Origin: Planctomycetota bacterium
Lineage (GTDB): Bacteria > Planctomycetota > GCA-002687715 > DRQF01
DNA length: 55,879 nucleotides
Direction: 5' to 3'
NCBI GenBank assembly: GCA_027001995.1
Contig: JALTLO010000182.1
Location: 44,168-100,046 of the forward strand
The position numbers and the translations under genes are program-made. The notes beneath the pieces were generated by a model, which had not been told where the DNA came from, made no database searches, and was given only the letters and a program-made list of their open reading frames with translations. This document shows, one piece after another, positions 27,788-36,726 of this stretch. How positions within the stretch are numbered: position 1 is the stretch's first letter; the number at the start of each line of letters is the position of its first letter.

Positions 27788-28315
27788 CTATCGATTCTCA
27801 ATGCCCCACCAAGTCCAACCCAAGTCGGGGTCATCAAAAGCGATGCGCCCCTCGTCCTTTGGGTTGTAGGTTTGGTTGGTGTAGTAGACCATGGTCATCT
27901 CGTCATTCCCCAGCACTTCGTAGCCATGGGCAACCCCTTTGGGAATGCGCACGGCTTTCAGTTGCAGGTGGCCGCAAAAGATTGAGTTAGCAAAGCCGTA
28001 AGTGGGTGAACCTACTCGCAAGTCAACGAGGGAGATTCGCACCGCACCTCGCAGCGGGACGAATATGTCGTCTTGTTCGTAGTGCCAATGGAATGCCTTG
28101 ATCGTTTCTGGCCGGGTCATGGTGATGCTTGATTGTTTGATCTCAAAATCGGCGACCACCTCTTCACCCACTTGAAAGACTTCGCTGAAGAAACCACGGT
28201 CATCAGGCCAACTCGTCAATTGCTTCACGATGACTCCATCGATTTGGCCTTTTTCGGCGCCAACATTGCTGTGCACGATGGCATGACGGGTGATTTTTGT
28301 AACCTCAACCTTCAC
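27788..28315 (-). CDS. rmlC: dTDP-4-dehydrorhamnose 3,5-epimerase family cupin
   Basis: DDRGFFSE, KAFHWH, VDLRVGSPTYG, IPKGVAHGY and YNPKDEGRIAFDDP motifs. AGGAGA RBS before the GTG start. Confidence 0.85.
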   Translation of the reverse strand: MKVEVTKITRHAIVHSNVGAEKGQIDGVIVKQLTSWPDDRGFFSEVFQVGEEVVADFEIKQSSITMTRPETIKAFHWHYEQDDIFVPLRGAVRISLVDLRVGSPTYGFANSIFCGHLQLKAVRIPKGVAHGYEVLGNDEMTMVYYTNQTYNPKDEGRIAFDDPDLGWTWWGIENR

Positions 28316-28396
28316 GGCGAATTCTCCTGGGCTTTTTTTCGGGCTGATCCCCGGGGATAGACGGGAAATCGGTGATCCCCTCCCTCATACTTGGGA

Positions 28397-28424
28397 TTGA
28401 CCACTTCAATAACGCCCCTATGGT
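28397..28424 (+). promoter_or_regulatory. Candidate sigma70 promoter for the xanthine dehydrogenase-family operon
   Basis: TTGACC-N16-TATGGT, overlapped by the inverted repeat ATTGA-N5-TCAAT (28396-28410). Confidence 0.4.
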
Positions 28425-28534
28425 AACGAAAGCCCGAATGATGAGAAGGAGGAAGAATCCCCCTTTGGTCACTCGCAATCGGGGGGCTTGGGGAGTAAAG
28501 TGTCTCACTCCTTTTATAGACCTCAAGGTTGCTC

Positions 28535-30757
28535 ATGAATCCTAAGATAGTCGGAACTCGTGTGCCCCGTGATGATGGGCGCCAAAAAGTCACTGGTGAG
28601 AGCTTGTATGTCGATGACATCGACATTCCTGGGATGATCTACGGGACCACTGTTCGTTCCCCTGTTGCCTCGGCGAAAGTCGTTTCTGTCGACTGGGACG
28701 AGGGTTACGATTGGACCGGAATTGTCCGGGTGACCGCAAAGGACATCCCGGGGGAAAATTCTTTGCCCTTACTCATCGACGACCAAAAGATCCTCGCTGA
28801 CCGCCGAATTCTCCATATGCATGAGCCCATCGCTCTTTTGGCCTGCTCTGATCCGACGCGCCTCAGAGAAGCGCGGGGGCATGTTCGCCTGCGCTACAAG
28901 AGTCAACCCATGGTGTCCCAGATTGAGGATTCATTGGAAGCTGAAGTCAAAGTATTCGGGGCAGACAATGTCTTTAAGGATATTCAGATCTCCAAGGGCG
29001 ATCCGGCCACCATCTTGCCCAAGTGCCATCACCGATTGGAAGAAAGCTATATTACGGGGCATCAAGAGCACCTGTACTTAGAGCCTCAAGGCATGATTGG
29101 AGCCTGGCAAGATGGCGTCCTCACGTTGACGGGGTCTCTTCAATGTCCCTACTACGTTCATAAGGCCATGAAGGCTGTTTTTGGCCTGAAGGACGATGAA
29201 GTGAGGGTGAATCAGGCTGTTACTGGTGGGGGATTCGGTGGCAAGGAGGAGTATCCCAGCTTGTTAGCGGCTCATGTGGCGCTCCTGGCCCGGAAATCTG
29301 GCACGCCGGTGAAGATGGTTTATGAGCGGGCGGAAGACATGTGTGCCACCACCAAACGTCATCCCTCCGAGGTCACCATTCATGGAGGCGTTGATGAGGA
29401 TGGCCACCTTCTTGCCCTAGACGTAGACGTGGTATTGGACGGCGGGGCGTACTGTACTCTATCGCCCGTGGTGCTTTCCCGGGCCGTTTTGCATGCTATT
29501 TCTGCTTATCGCTGTGATCATGTGGCGGTTCGCGGTCGGGTTGTTGCGACGAATACCCCTCCCAACGGCGCTTTTCGTGGTTTTGGCGCTCCTCAGACGA
29601 TTTTCGCCATGGAACGCATGATGGATCTTATCGCCGAGACCGTTGGCATTTCCCCCGCTGAGGTTCGGTGTCGCAATCATCTGCAAAACGGTGATTCCAC
29701 GGCAACTGGGCAAATTCTTCAACAGGGCGTCAGTGCCGGGGCTGTTCTTCAAAAAGCCTTGGACGCCTCAGATTTTCACAGCAAGTGGGAAGCCTATCAG
29801 GGCTCCCATTCGAATCGAAATCGCCGGGGCATTGGCATAGCCCTTTTTATGCATGGCTGCGGATTTACTGGTCACGGTGAGCGTGATTTGAAGAGCCGAG
29901 CTGCACTTCGGCTTTTCCTCGATCCTCAGGGGAAGCCTCGTGCCCAAGTCTTGGCCAGCACGACAGATATCGGCCAAGGGATGCGCACGACTTTTCGCCA
30001 AATTGCCGCGGAGACCCTGGGTATAGCTTTCGAGCAGGTTGAGTTGGCCCCTGCCAATACCGCGGGCGTTCCCAATAGTGGCCCCACAGTCGCTTCCCGC
30101 ACCTGCATGGTGGTGGGGGGCTTGGTGGCCGAAGCTGGAAAAGGCTGTCTCCAAGAGCTTGGTTTCTCTGGCACGACTTCAGAAGTGGAGTTGGCGGCGG
30201 CCTTGGCCTCGACGGGAGCTGTGACTTGCGAGAGGGAATACGAGCCGCCTCCAGGACTGGTTTGGGACGATAAAAATTACCGGGGTTCTGCTTATCCGAC
30301 TTATGGATTTGGTTGCACGATCTGCGAGGTTGAAGTGGACGCTGTCACTTTCGAAACTCGCATTCTTGACGTCGTGACTTGCCAAGATGTTGGACGCGCC
30401 ATTCACCCTTCTATTGTCGAGGGGCAGATAGAAGGAGGCACAGTTCAAGCTCTGGGATTCGCGGGTTTTGAAAAAGTCGTGATGCATGATGGCACCATGC
30501 GCAATCACGATGTTTCCAACTATGTTATTCCCACGGCTGCTGATATCGCCCCGATTCGTGTATTGATCCATGAGGAACCCTATTCTGGAGGGCCTTTTGG
30601 AGCCAAGGGCATTGGTGAAATGCCTATGGATGGTGGTGCCCCGGCTTACGTTGCTGCTGTGAGTCAAGCCGCCGGGGTTTCCTTTCAGCAGGTGCCGATC
30701 TTGGCGGAAGACGTTTTCGCTGAACTCCTGAAAAAGAAGGCGGTTAAGCGTTCATGA
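28535..30757 (+). CDS. Xanthine dehydrogenase family molybdopterin-binding subunit (PucD-like)
   Basis: HQEHLYLE, GGGFGGKE, TTKRHP, AFRGFG, GQIEGG and GAKGIGE (catalytic Glu) motifs. ATG at 28535; TTG at 28529 is also possible. Confidence 0.95.
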   Translation: MNPKIVGTRVPRDDGRQKVTGESLYVDDIDIPGMIYGTTVRSPVASAKVVSVDWDEGYDWTGIVRVTAKDIPGENSLPLLIDDQKILADRRILHMHEPIALLACSDPTRLREARGHVRLRYKSQPMVSQIEDSLEAEVKVFGADNVFKDIQISKGDPATILPKCHHRLEESYITGHQEHLYLEPQGMIGAWQDGVLTLTGSLQCPYYVHKAMKAVFGLKDDEVRVNQAVTGGGFGGKEEYPSLLAAHVALLARKSGTPVKMVYERAEDMCATTKRHPSEVTIHGGVDEDGHLLALDVDVVLDGGAYCTLSPVVLSRAVLHAISAYRCDHVAVRGRVVATNTPPNGAFRGFGAPQTIFAMERMMDLIAETVGISPAEVRCRNHLQNGDSTATGQILQQGVSAGAVLQKALDASDFHSKWEAYQGSHSNRNRRGIGIALFMHGCGFTGHGERDLKSRAALRLFLDPQGKPRAQVLASTTDIGQGMRTTFRQIAAETLGIAFEQVELAPANTAGVPNSGPTVASRTCMVVGGLVAEAGKGCLQELGFSGTTSEVELAAALASTGAVTCEREYEPPPGLVWDDKNYRGSAYPTYGFGCTICEVEVDAVTFETRILDVVTCQDVGRAIHPSIVEGQIEGGTVQALGFAGFEKVVMHDGTMRNHDVSNYVIPTAADIAPIRVLIHEEPYSGGPFGAKGIGEMPMDGGAPAYVAAVSQAAGVSFQQVPILAEDVFAELLKKKAVKRS

Positions 30758-31251
30758 AAATCACTTTTGAATTGAATGGCGCGCTGACCACCGTTGATTC
30801 ACCGCCTTTAGCCCGTTTTCTGGACGTCTTGCGGGACACATTGGGGCTGACCGCAACCAAAGAGGGCTGCGGTGAGGGCGAATGTGGGACTTGTTCTATC
30901 CTTGTCGACGGGGAGGTGGTGAATGCCTGTCTCTTGCCAGCGATTCAGGTATTTGGGCGGTCCGTTGAAACCCTGGAGTCTCTCAGTGATCCTGCCGGTC
31001 CCTTGTCGAAGCTTCAGGAATCCCTTTTGGCGACGGACGGCGCCCAATGTGGAATTTGCACCCCCGGCATGGTGATGGCCGGTACGGCTTTCTTGCGCCA
31101 ACTCAAGGCCACTGGCGCCCAACCCTGCGACCGAAGCATACGCCAAGCGATTGCTGGAAACCTTTGCCGATGCACGGGTTATAGTAAAATAATAGAAGGT
31201 ATTAAGATGGCGGCTGCTCAGGGCACACCCCAGGAATCCGCCCATGACTGA
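30754..31251 (+). CDS. Xanthine dehydrogenase family 2x[2Fe-2S] subunit (PucE/CoxS-like)
   Basis: GCGEGECGTC..NAC, QCGICTPG and GNLCRCTGY motifs. ATGA overlap with the upstream gene. Confidence 0.95.
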   Translation: MKITFELNGALTTVDSPPLARFLDVLRDTLGLTATKEGCGEGECGTCSILVDGEVVNACLLPAIQVFGRSVETLESLSDPAGPLSKLQESLLATDGAQCGICTPGMVMAGTAFLRQLKATGAQPCDRSIRQAIAGNLCRCTGYSKIIEGIKMAAAQGTPQESAHD

Positions 31252-32131
31252 TCCTAGGAAAATAGAGGTGTTCAGCCCCGAAACCCTTTCTGCGGCTGTT
31301 CAAGTCTTGGCTGAAGTGGGGTCAGAAGCCCACATCCTGGCCGGGGGAACGGATCTCATGGTGGCTCTAGAGAAGGGTTTCTGGCAGCCCAAAGGGTTCG
31401 TGCTCAATATTAGTAGGATAGAGCCGGAGCTGCGCTACATCCGTATGGAAGATGGTGATGTGTGTATGGGCGCTCTCACCACTTTCGCCGATATCGCTCG
31501 CTCTGATCTCCTGAACACAGAGGCACCGTCTTTGGTTGCGGCCGCCAGAGAAATTGGCGCCCAACAAATTCAAAATCGGGCTACGATTGGCGGGAACATC
31601 ATGAATGCCAGCCCTGCGGGGGATTCCATGCCCCCTTTGTTGGCCTTGGACGCCCGGGTCGTCTTGAAAAGCAATGAGGGCCCAAGAACATTGCCCCTCT
31701 TTTCTTTCTACCCGGCCTACAGAGAAACCGTGAGCCAGCCCAGTGAGCTGTTGACTGAGGTGAGGATCGCCCGGCGAGACAGCCCAACCCAAGATTACTT
31801 TCGCAAAGTCGCGCCCAGGCGGGCTCAAGCAATCTCCAAAGTAATCCTCGCGGCCCGGGCATGGAACGTGGAAGAAACCGAAGAAGGCCCGCGGATTGGC
31901 TCCATTCGCCTGGGAGTCGGCAGTGTCGCCCCAACTCCTCTGCGTTTGTTCGAGACGGAAAGGCTGCTGGAAAAAGCGGTTTTGACTCCTTCTTTGATGG
32001 GGGCTGCGGGGCACATGCTTGAGACCGAAATCTCTCCTATTGATGATATGCGGTCCACTGCAGAGTATCGCCGCCAAGTTTGCCGCCGCCTGCTGGACGA
32101 TTTCCTCTCGAATCTGCTCTTGGAATCCTGA
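31244..32131 (+). CDS. Xanthine dehydrogenase family FAD-binding subunit (PucC/CoxM-like)
   Basis: AGGTDL, QIQNRATIGGNIMNASPAGD and PIDDMRSTAEYR motifs. Confidence 0.95.
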   Translation: MTDPRKIEVFSPETLSAAVQVLAEVGSEAHILAGGTDLMVALEKGFWQPKGFVLNISRIEPELRYIRMEDGDVCMGALTTFADIARSDLLNTEAPSLVAAAREIGAQQIQNRATIGGNIMNASPAGDSMPPLLALDARVVLKSNEGPRTLPLFSFYPAYRETVSQPSELLTEVRIARRDSPTQDYFRKVAPRRAQAISKVILAARAWNVEETEEGPRIGSIRLGVGSVAPTPLRLFETERLLEKAVLTPSLMGAAGHMLETEISPIDDMRSTAEYRRQVCRRLLDDFLSNLLLES

Positions 32132-32180
32132 ACGGCCTAAGTGCCGAATTTGCCCCACCCACCGGGTTAGATTGCTCGTC

Positions 32181-32209
32181 TTGTTCAGGGGCGTGACCCC
32201 TCGTACAAT
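32181..32209 (+). promoter_or_regulatory. Candidate sigma70 promoter of the nuo operon
   Basis: TTGTTC-N17-TACAAT, 65 bp upstream of nuoA. The spacer holds the inverted repeat AGGGG-cgtga-CCCCT. Confidence 0.55.
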
Positions 32210-32274
32210 CCCATGGCTTGGGCGACCGTCCTGAGCGGAAAAGTCTTTCACTCATGAGGATGATGTAACCTTCT

Positions 32275-32634
32275 ATGGATACGACAGTTGCATCTATATT
32301 GATCATCGTCGCCCTGGGGGCCGTGGTACCAGCAGCCATGGCCATTCTCGGCTATGTGCTCGGGCCAAGGCGACCGAACGAAGTAAAGCTGTCCGTTTAT
32401 GAGTGTGGCGTCACACCTCAGGTCGATGCTAAACGTCGATTCTCGGTGAAGTTTTACCAAGTTGCGGTTTTATTCCTGGTCTTCGACGTTGAAGTGGCCT
32501 TTCTCTTTCCTTGGGCCCTCTTGTTTCGAGAATCCGATGGTTCGGGCATGCTGGTGGAAATGCTTGTCTTTCTGGGGATCCTCACAGTTGGTCTCTACTA
32601 CGTCATCAAACGAGGGGCTTTGGAATGGGATTAG
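32275..32634 (+). CDS. nuoA: NADH-quinone oxidoreductase subunit A
   Basis: [23 protein letters not shown] and GALEWD motifs. Confidence 0.97.
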   Translation: MDTTVASILIIVALGAVVPAAMAILGYVLGPRRPNEVKLSVYECGVTPQVDAKRRFSVKFYQVAVLFLVFDVEVAFLFPWALLFRESDGSGMLVEMLVFLGILTVGLYYVIKRGALEWD

Positions 32635-33215
32635 AGAATTTCTTCGCCAACAAGACAGGATTTGTGGCAACCAAGCTTGATCATGTCATCAACGATGTGG
32701 TGAACTGGGGGCGACAAAACAGTCTTTGGCCTTATCCATTTGCCACGGCATGTTGCGGTATCGAATTCATGGGGGCGGTCAGCAACACCCACGATATTTC
32801 CCGCTTTGGTGCAGAGCTGGTTCGCTTTAGTCCGCGGCAAGCTGACCTCCTGATCGTGGCTGGCACCATCACTTATAAGATGGCACCCATCCTCAAACGC
32901 ATCTACGATCAAATGATGGAGCCCAAGTGGGTCATCGCCTTTGGTGTCTGCGCTGCTTCTGGAGGTTTCTACAACAATTATTCTGTGGTTCAGGGCATCG
33001 ACCGCATCATTCCTGTTGATGTCTATCTCCCCGGGTGCCCGCCTCGGCCAGAAGCGTTCTTCGACGCTTTGATTGCCCTGCAAAAGAAAATTGCTGGGGA
33101 GGAGATCGAAGAGCATTATCGGGAAAAGCGACCTCAATTGCGTCCAGACAGTGATACGGATTGGGATGTGCCAGCAGTTGATCCTGCGGCCCGCGGGATC
33201 AGGAGGGGATGTTAG
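32625..33215 (+). CDS. nuoB: NADH-quinone oxidoreductase subunit B
   Basis: TACCGIE, SPRQAD and PGCPPRPE motifs. Start moved to ATG 32625, overlapping the nuoA end. Confidence 0.97.
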   Translation: MGLENFFANKTGFVATKLDHVINDVVNWGRQNSLWPYPFATACCGIEFMGAVSNTHDISRFGAELVRFSPRQADLLIVAGTITYKMAPILKRIYDQMMEPKWVIAFGVCAASGGFYNNYSVVQGIDRIIPVDVYLPGCPPRPEAFFDALIALQKKIAGEEIEEHYREKRPQLRPDSDTDWDVPAVDPAARGIRRGC

Positions 33216-34925
33216 GTGGTAAGCACCATAGATACAGTTGAGAGTCTGCGGGCTCAATTCCCCGATGCCAAATTTCGAGTGGAGCCAACGGCGGACATGG
33301 CCACTGTGGTGGTCGAGAGAGGAAATCTCGTCCCGGCGATGCAATTCTTGCGGGATGAGCCATCCCTTGGTTTCGGCTTTTTAGTTGATCTCAGCGCTGT
33401 GGATGGTCTGAAGCTTGAAGATGATTGGCCGGATCGTTTTCAGGTGGTTTACCATTTGCTCAACATGGACTCCGGCAACGCTCTCCGTGTGAAAGTGGCA
33501 ATTTCTGAGTCTGATTGCACCTTGCCTTCCCTTGTTGGTCTGTGGCGCTCCGCCGATTGGATGGAGCGAGAGGTCTTTGATCTCTTCGGCATCAGCTTTG
33601 AGGGGCATCCGAATCTCAAGCGTATCATGACTCACCATGAGTTTGTCGGTCATGCGCTGCGCAAAGATTACAACATTCAAGATGGGCAGTGGCTTGGTGA
33701 AACAGAGTCTTTGATGGACGAAATCGGTGAGTATGGTGAGAACCCAGCTGACGGCGGTTTCTCGGAGCTCATCCCCATCAATATTGGCCCGGCTCATCCA
33801 GCCACCCACGGTACTCTCCGTTTCTTTGGCAAGTTAGACGGCGAGACTTTGGTGAAGGTTGCTCCTGAAATTGGCTATCTTCATCGGGGTTTCGAAAAGC
33901 ATTGTGAAACGGGCAGTTGGACCATGGTGATCCCCTACACCGATCGCCTCAATTATTGCTCGGCCATGCTGAACAACGTGGGTTGGTGCCATACGGTGGA
34001 GAAAATGATCGGCGTGGAGGTCCCGGAGCGGACTCAATACATCCGGGTCATCATCTCTGAGTTGTCCCGCATTATCGATCACTGCGTTTGCATCGGAGCT
34101 ATGCTTGTCGACTTGGGTGCCCTGACGAATTTCTGGTATCTCTTTAACCTGCGTGAGCGGGTTTATCAGATCATGGAAGAGCTTTGCGGTGCCCGGCTCA
34201 CCAGCACTTATGTGCGTATCGGCGGGGTCGCCTACGATCTGAACCCGGAATTCATCGGTCAAGTGCGGGAGATCCTCAAAGAGATCCCTAAGGGTGTGGG
34301 GGATGTCTTAGGTCTTATTAAGAAGAACCGCATTTTCCTTGATCGCACCATTGGTGTTGGTGTCATTTCCAAAGAAGACGCCGTCAACTATTCCTGGACC
34401 GGCCCATGCTTGCGGGCCACAGGTGTTGACTATGATGTGCGTAAGGCAAAGCCTTACTACCAATACGCTGATCTTGATTGGGATGTGCCCACCCGGACCA
34501 ATGGTGATGTTCACGATCGGGCGCTCATTCGCTTTGATGAGATCGTCCAAAGCATGCGCATCATTGAGCAGGCTTTAGATCGAATTCCCGGTGGCCCCGT
34601 GATGAGCGACGACAAGAGGGTTCAACTGCCGGAGAAGGAAGACGTCTACGGATCTATCGAGGGCCTGATGAATCACTTCGTCTTGGTCTACGATGGGATC
34701 AAAGTGCCAGCGGGTGAGGCTTACCACAGTATCGAGGCCGCCAACGGCGAACTTGGGTTCTACGTGGTCTCCGACGGAAGTGGCCGTCCCTATCGGGTGC
34801 GCTGCCGTCCGCCGTGTTTTACTCTCCTTTCGGCATTCTCTGAAATTGTCGAAGGAAGCATGATCGCAGACGCCGTGCCGACTTTAGGTTCACTCAACAT
34901 CATTGCCGGAGAATTGGATCGCTGA
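33216..34925 (+). CDS. nuoCD: NADH-quinone oxidoreductase fused subunit C/D
   Basis: NuoC motifs (WMEREVFDLFGI, GHALRKDY) are in frame with NuoD motifs (NIGPAHPATHG, GYLHRG, GELDR). Confidence 0.97.
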   Translation: MVSTIDTVESLRAQFPDAKFRVEPTADMATVVVERGNLVPAMQFLRDEPSLGFGFLVDLSAVDGLKLEDDWPDRFQVVYHLLNMDSGNALRVKVAISESDCTLPSLVGLWRSADWMEREVFDLFGISFEGHPNLKRIMTHHEFVGHALRKDYNIQDGQWLGETESLMDEIGEYGENPADGGFSELIPINIGPAHPATHGTLRFFGKLDGETLVKVAPEIGYLHRGFEKHCETGSWTMVIPYTDRLNYCSAMLNNVGWCHTVEKMIGVEVPERTQYIRVIISELSRIIDHCVCIGAMLVDLGALTNFWYLFNLRERVYQIMEELCGARLTSTYVRIGGVAYDLNPEFIGQVREILKEIPKGVGDVLGLIKKNRIFLDRTIGVGVISKEDAVNYSWTGPCLRATGVDYDVRKAKPYYQYADLDWDVPTRTNGDVHDRALIRFDEIVQSMRIIEQALDRIPGGPVMSDDKRVQLPEKEDVYGSIEGLMNHFVLVYDGIKVPAGEAYHSIEAANGELGFYVVSDGSGRPYRVRCRPPCFTLLSAFSEIVEGSMIADAVPTLGSLNIIAGELDR

Positions 34926-35455
34926 TGAGCCAGGATGACCACATTCAAGCCGCAAACGCGGATGACAGCCCGGTGACTGAAAAAACTCTGCGGTTGTCGC
35001 CGGAGCGGGAAGCGTACATCGATGATCTGCAGAAGAGGTATCCAACCAAGTTGGCCACCCTGCTTCCTGTTCTTTGGGCGATCCAAGAGCAAACCGGTTG
35101 GGTTTCGAAGGAATGGATGGAGTACGCCGCCCAGCGTTGCGAATGTCCAGCGTCCCATGTTTTGGGAGTGGTGACATTCTACACCATGTACCACCAGAAA
35201 CCTGCTGGTAAGTATCACGTCCAGGTTTGCCGCAATATCTCTTGCCATCTTCGTGGGGCCCCGGGCATCATTGAAGCGGTCGAAAAGAAACTCGGGCTGG
35301 AACACAAGTGTGTTAGCGCTGATGGCAAGTTCAGTTTAGAGCATGTTGAGTGTTTGGCTGGCTGTTCTTGGGCACCTGTCATGCAAATCAACCGAACCCT
35401 ACACGAGGAGCTTACGCCTGAGCAGGCTGTGCGTATCCTCGATGAGCTGGAGTAG
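34925..35455 (+). CDS. nuoE: NADH-quinone oxidoreductase subunit E
   Basis: VVTFYTMY, VCRNISC and ECLAGC motifs. Confidence 0.96.
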   Translation: MSQDDHIQAANADDSPVTEKTLRLSPEREAYIDDLQKRYPTKLATLLPVLWAIQEQTGWVSKEWMEYAAQRCECPASHVLGVVTFYTMYHQKPAGKYHVQVCRNISCHLRGAPGIIEAVEKKLGLEHKCVSADGKFSLEHVECLAGCSWAPVMQINRTLHEELTPEQAVRILDELE

Positions 35456-35459
35456 TTCT

Positions 35460-36725
35460 GTGACCAAGGTTCTGTTCGAACATCGCGGCAAGGCCGACAT
35501 CGAGACTTTCGATGGCTGGAAAGCCGCCGGCGGATTCTCCGCTTTGGAGAAGGCCCTGAAGATGACTCCAGAAGAAGTGATCGAAGAGGTCAAGAGTTCT
35601 GGATTACGGGGTCGGGGTGGTGCGGGATTCCCAACAGGCGTGAAATGGGGATTTGTACCTAAGGGCGGCGAGAAGCCGGTCTACTTGTGCATAAACGCCG
35701 ATGAGTCTGAACCTGGAACATGCAAAGATCGTGTCCTCATGGAAGAGCTGCCATTCATGTGCCTGGAAGGGGCACTGATCGCCGCTTATGCTATTCAGGC
35801 TAAAATGGCATTCTGGTACATCCGAGGGGAGTTTGATCTTTCGGAACGTCGCATGCGTCAGGCCGTTGAGGTTCTGCGAGAAAAAGGGCTCATTGGTAAG
35901 AATGTCTTGGGCTCTGGTTGGGACATTGATTTTGGCGTCCACCGCGGTGCGGGGGCCTACGTTTGTGGCGAAGAGACGGGTTTGATCTCCAGCGTCGAAG
36001 GCAAGCAAGGCCAGCCTAAACTGAAACCCCCATTCCCTGCTTTGGAAGGTGCTTTTGGCTGTCCCACAATTGTCAACAACGTGGAGTCCTTGGCGGCTGT
36101 GCCTTGGATCGTCAATCACGGAGGAAGCAAGTACAGCGCCTTAGGAACGGAGAAGAGTAAAGGCACCAAGCTCTTCAGCGTTTCTGGCGCCGTCAACAAA
36201 CCCGGCGTCTATGAAGTCGAAATGGGTTATCCCATGGCCGACCTCATCAACAAGGAATGCGGGGGGGCTCTCAATGGTATTGGGCTCAAAGCCATTATTC
36301 CTGGTGGCTCGTCGGTCCCAGTGATGCCAGCGGATGTGGCGATGAAAACCAACTTGGACTATGAATCTGTTCAAGAGGCAGGATCCCTCCTTGGCTCTGG
36401 TGGCGTCATCGTCATTGATGAGAATCAAAGTATGCCGGAGCTTCTCGATATTTTGGGCCGATTCTACGCCCATGAATCTTGCGGGCAATGCACACCATGC
36501 CGGGAAGGCACCGGTTGGGGAGCCCGAATCCTTCATCGGGTTCATGAGGGCCGTGGCGAACAACAAGATCTTGAAACTCTCGACCGCATCGCACGCTTTA
36601 TGTCAGGAACGACAATTTGTTTCTTGGCGTCTTCGATGTCGATGCCTATCCAGAGTTTCTTTAAGCACTTCAAGCATGAGTTTGAAGCACTGATGCCCAC
36701 CATTGACGCGGTTGCAGGAGATTGA
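35460..36725 (+). CDS. nuoF: NADH-quinone oxidoreductase subunit F
   Basis: GRGGAGF, NADESEPGT, GAGAYVCGEETG and ESCGQCTPCREG motifs. Start moved to GTG 35460 (GGAG RBS). Confidence 0.97.
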   Translation: MTKVLFEHRGKADIETFDGWKAAGGFSALEKALKMTPEEVIEEVKSSGLRGRGGAGFPTGVKWGFVPKGGEKPVYLCINADESEPGTCKDRVLMEELPFMCLEGALIAAYAIQAKMAFWYIRGEFDLSERRMRQAVEVLREKGLIGKNVLGSGWDIDFGVHRGAGAYVCGEETGLISSVEGKQGQPKLKPPFPALEGAFGCPTIVNNVESLAAVPWIVNHGGSKYSALGTEKSKGTKLFSVSGAVNKPGVYEVEMGYPMADLINKECGGALNGIGLKAIIPGGSSVPVMPADVAMKTNLDYESVQEAGSLLGSGGVIVIDENQSMPELLDILGRFYAHESCGQCTPCREGTGWGARILHRVHEGRGEQQDLETLDRIARFMSGTTICFLASSMSMPIQSFFKHFKHEFEALMPTIDAVAGD

Positions 36726-36726
36726 A

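Noticed and set aside
28347..28358. Perfect 12-bp palindrome ATCCCCGGGGAT
   Set aside because: Single low-complexity occurrence with no supporting context.
28396..28410. FNR-like site ATTGA-N5-TCAAT
   Set aside because: The spacing is one base short of the FNR/CRP TTGA-N6-TCAA geometry, so it is not called FNR and is kept only as a generic palindrome.
28535..32131. Aerobic CO dehydrogenase (coxLSM) interpretation
   Set aside because: The active-site loop is AFRGFG, not the form I CoxL AYxCSFR motif.
31367..32251. 294-aa antisense ORF over the XDH FAD subunit
   Set aside because: It has no recognisable motifs and is a shadow of a well-supported gene. Long antisense frames are common at this GC and codon bias.
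32631..33344. 237-aa antisense ORF over nuoB/nuoC, plus many similar shadow ORFs across tkt, the RNB gene and nuo
   Set aside because: They overlap conserved genes on the opposite strand and show no protein-family signal.
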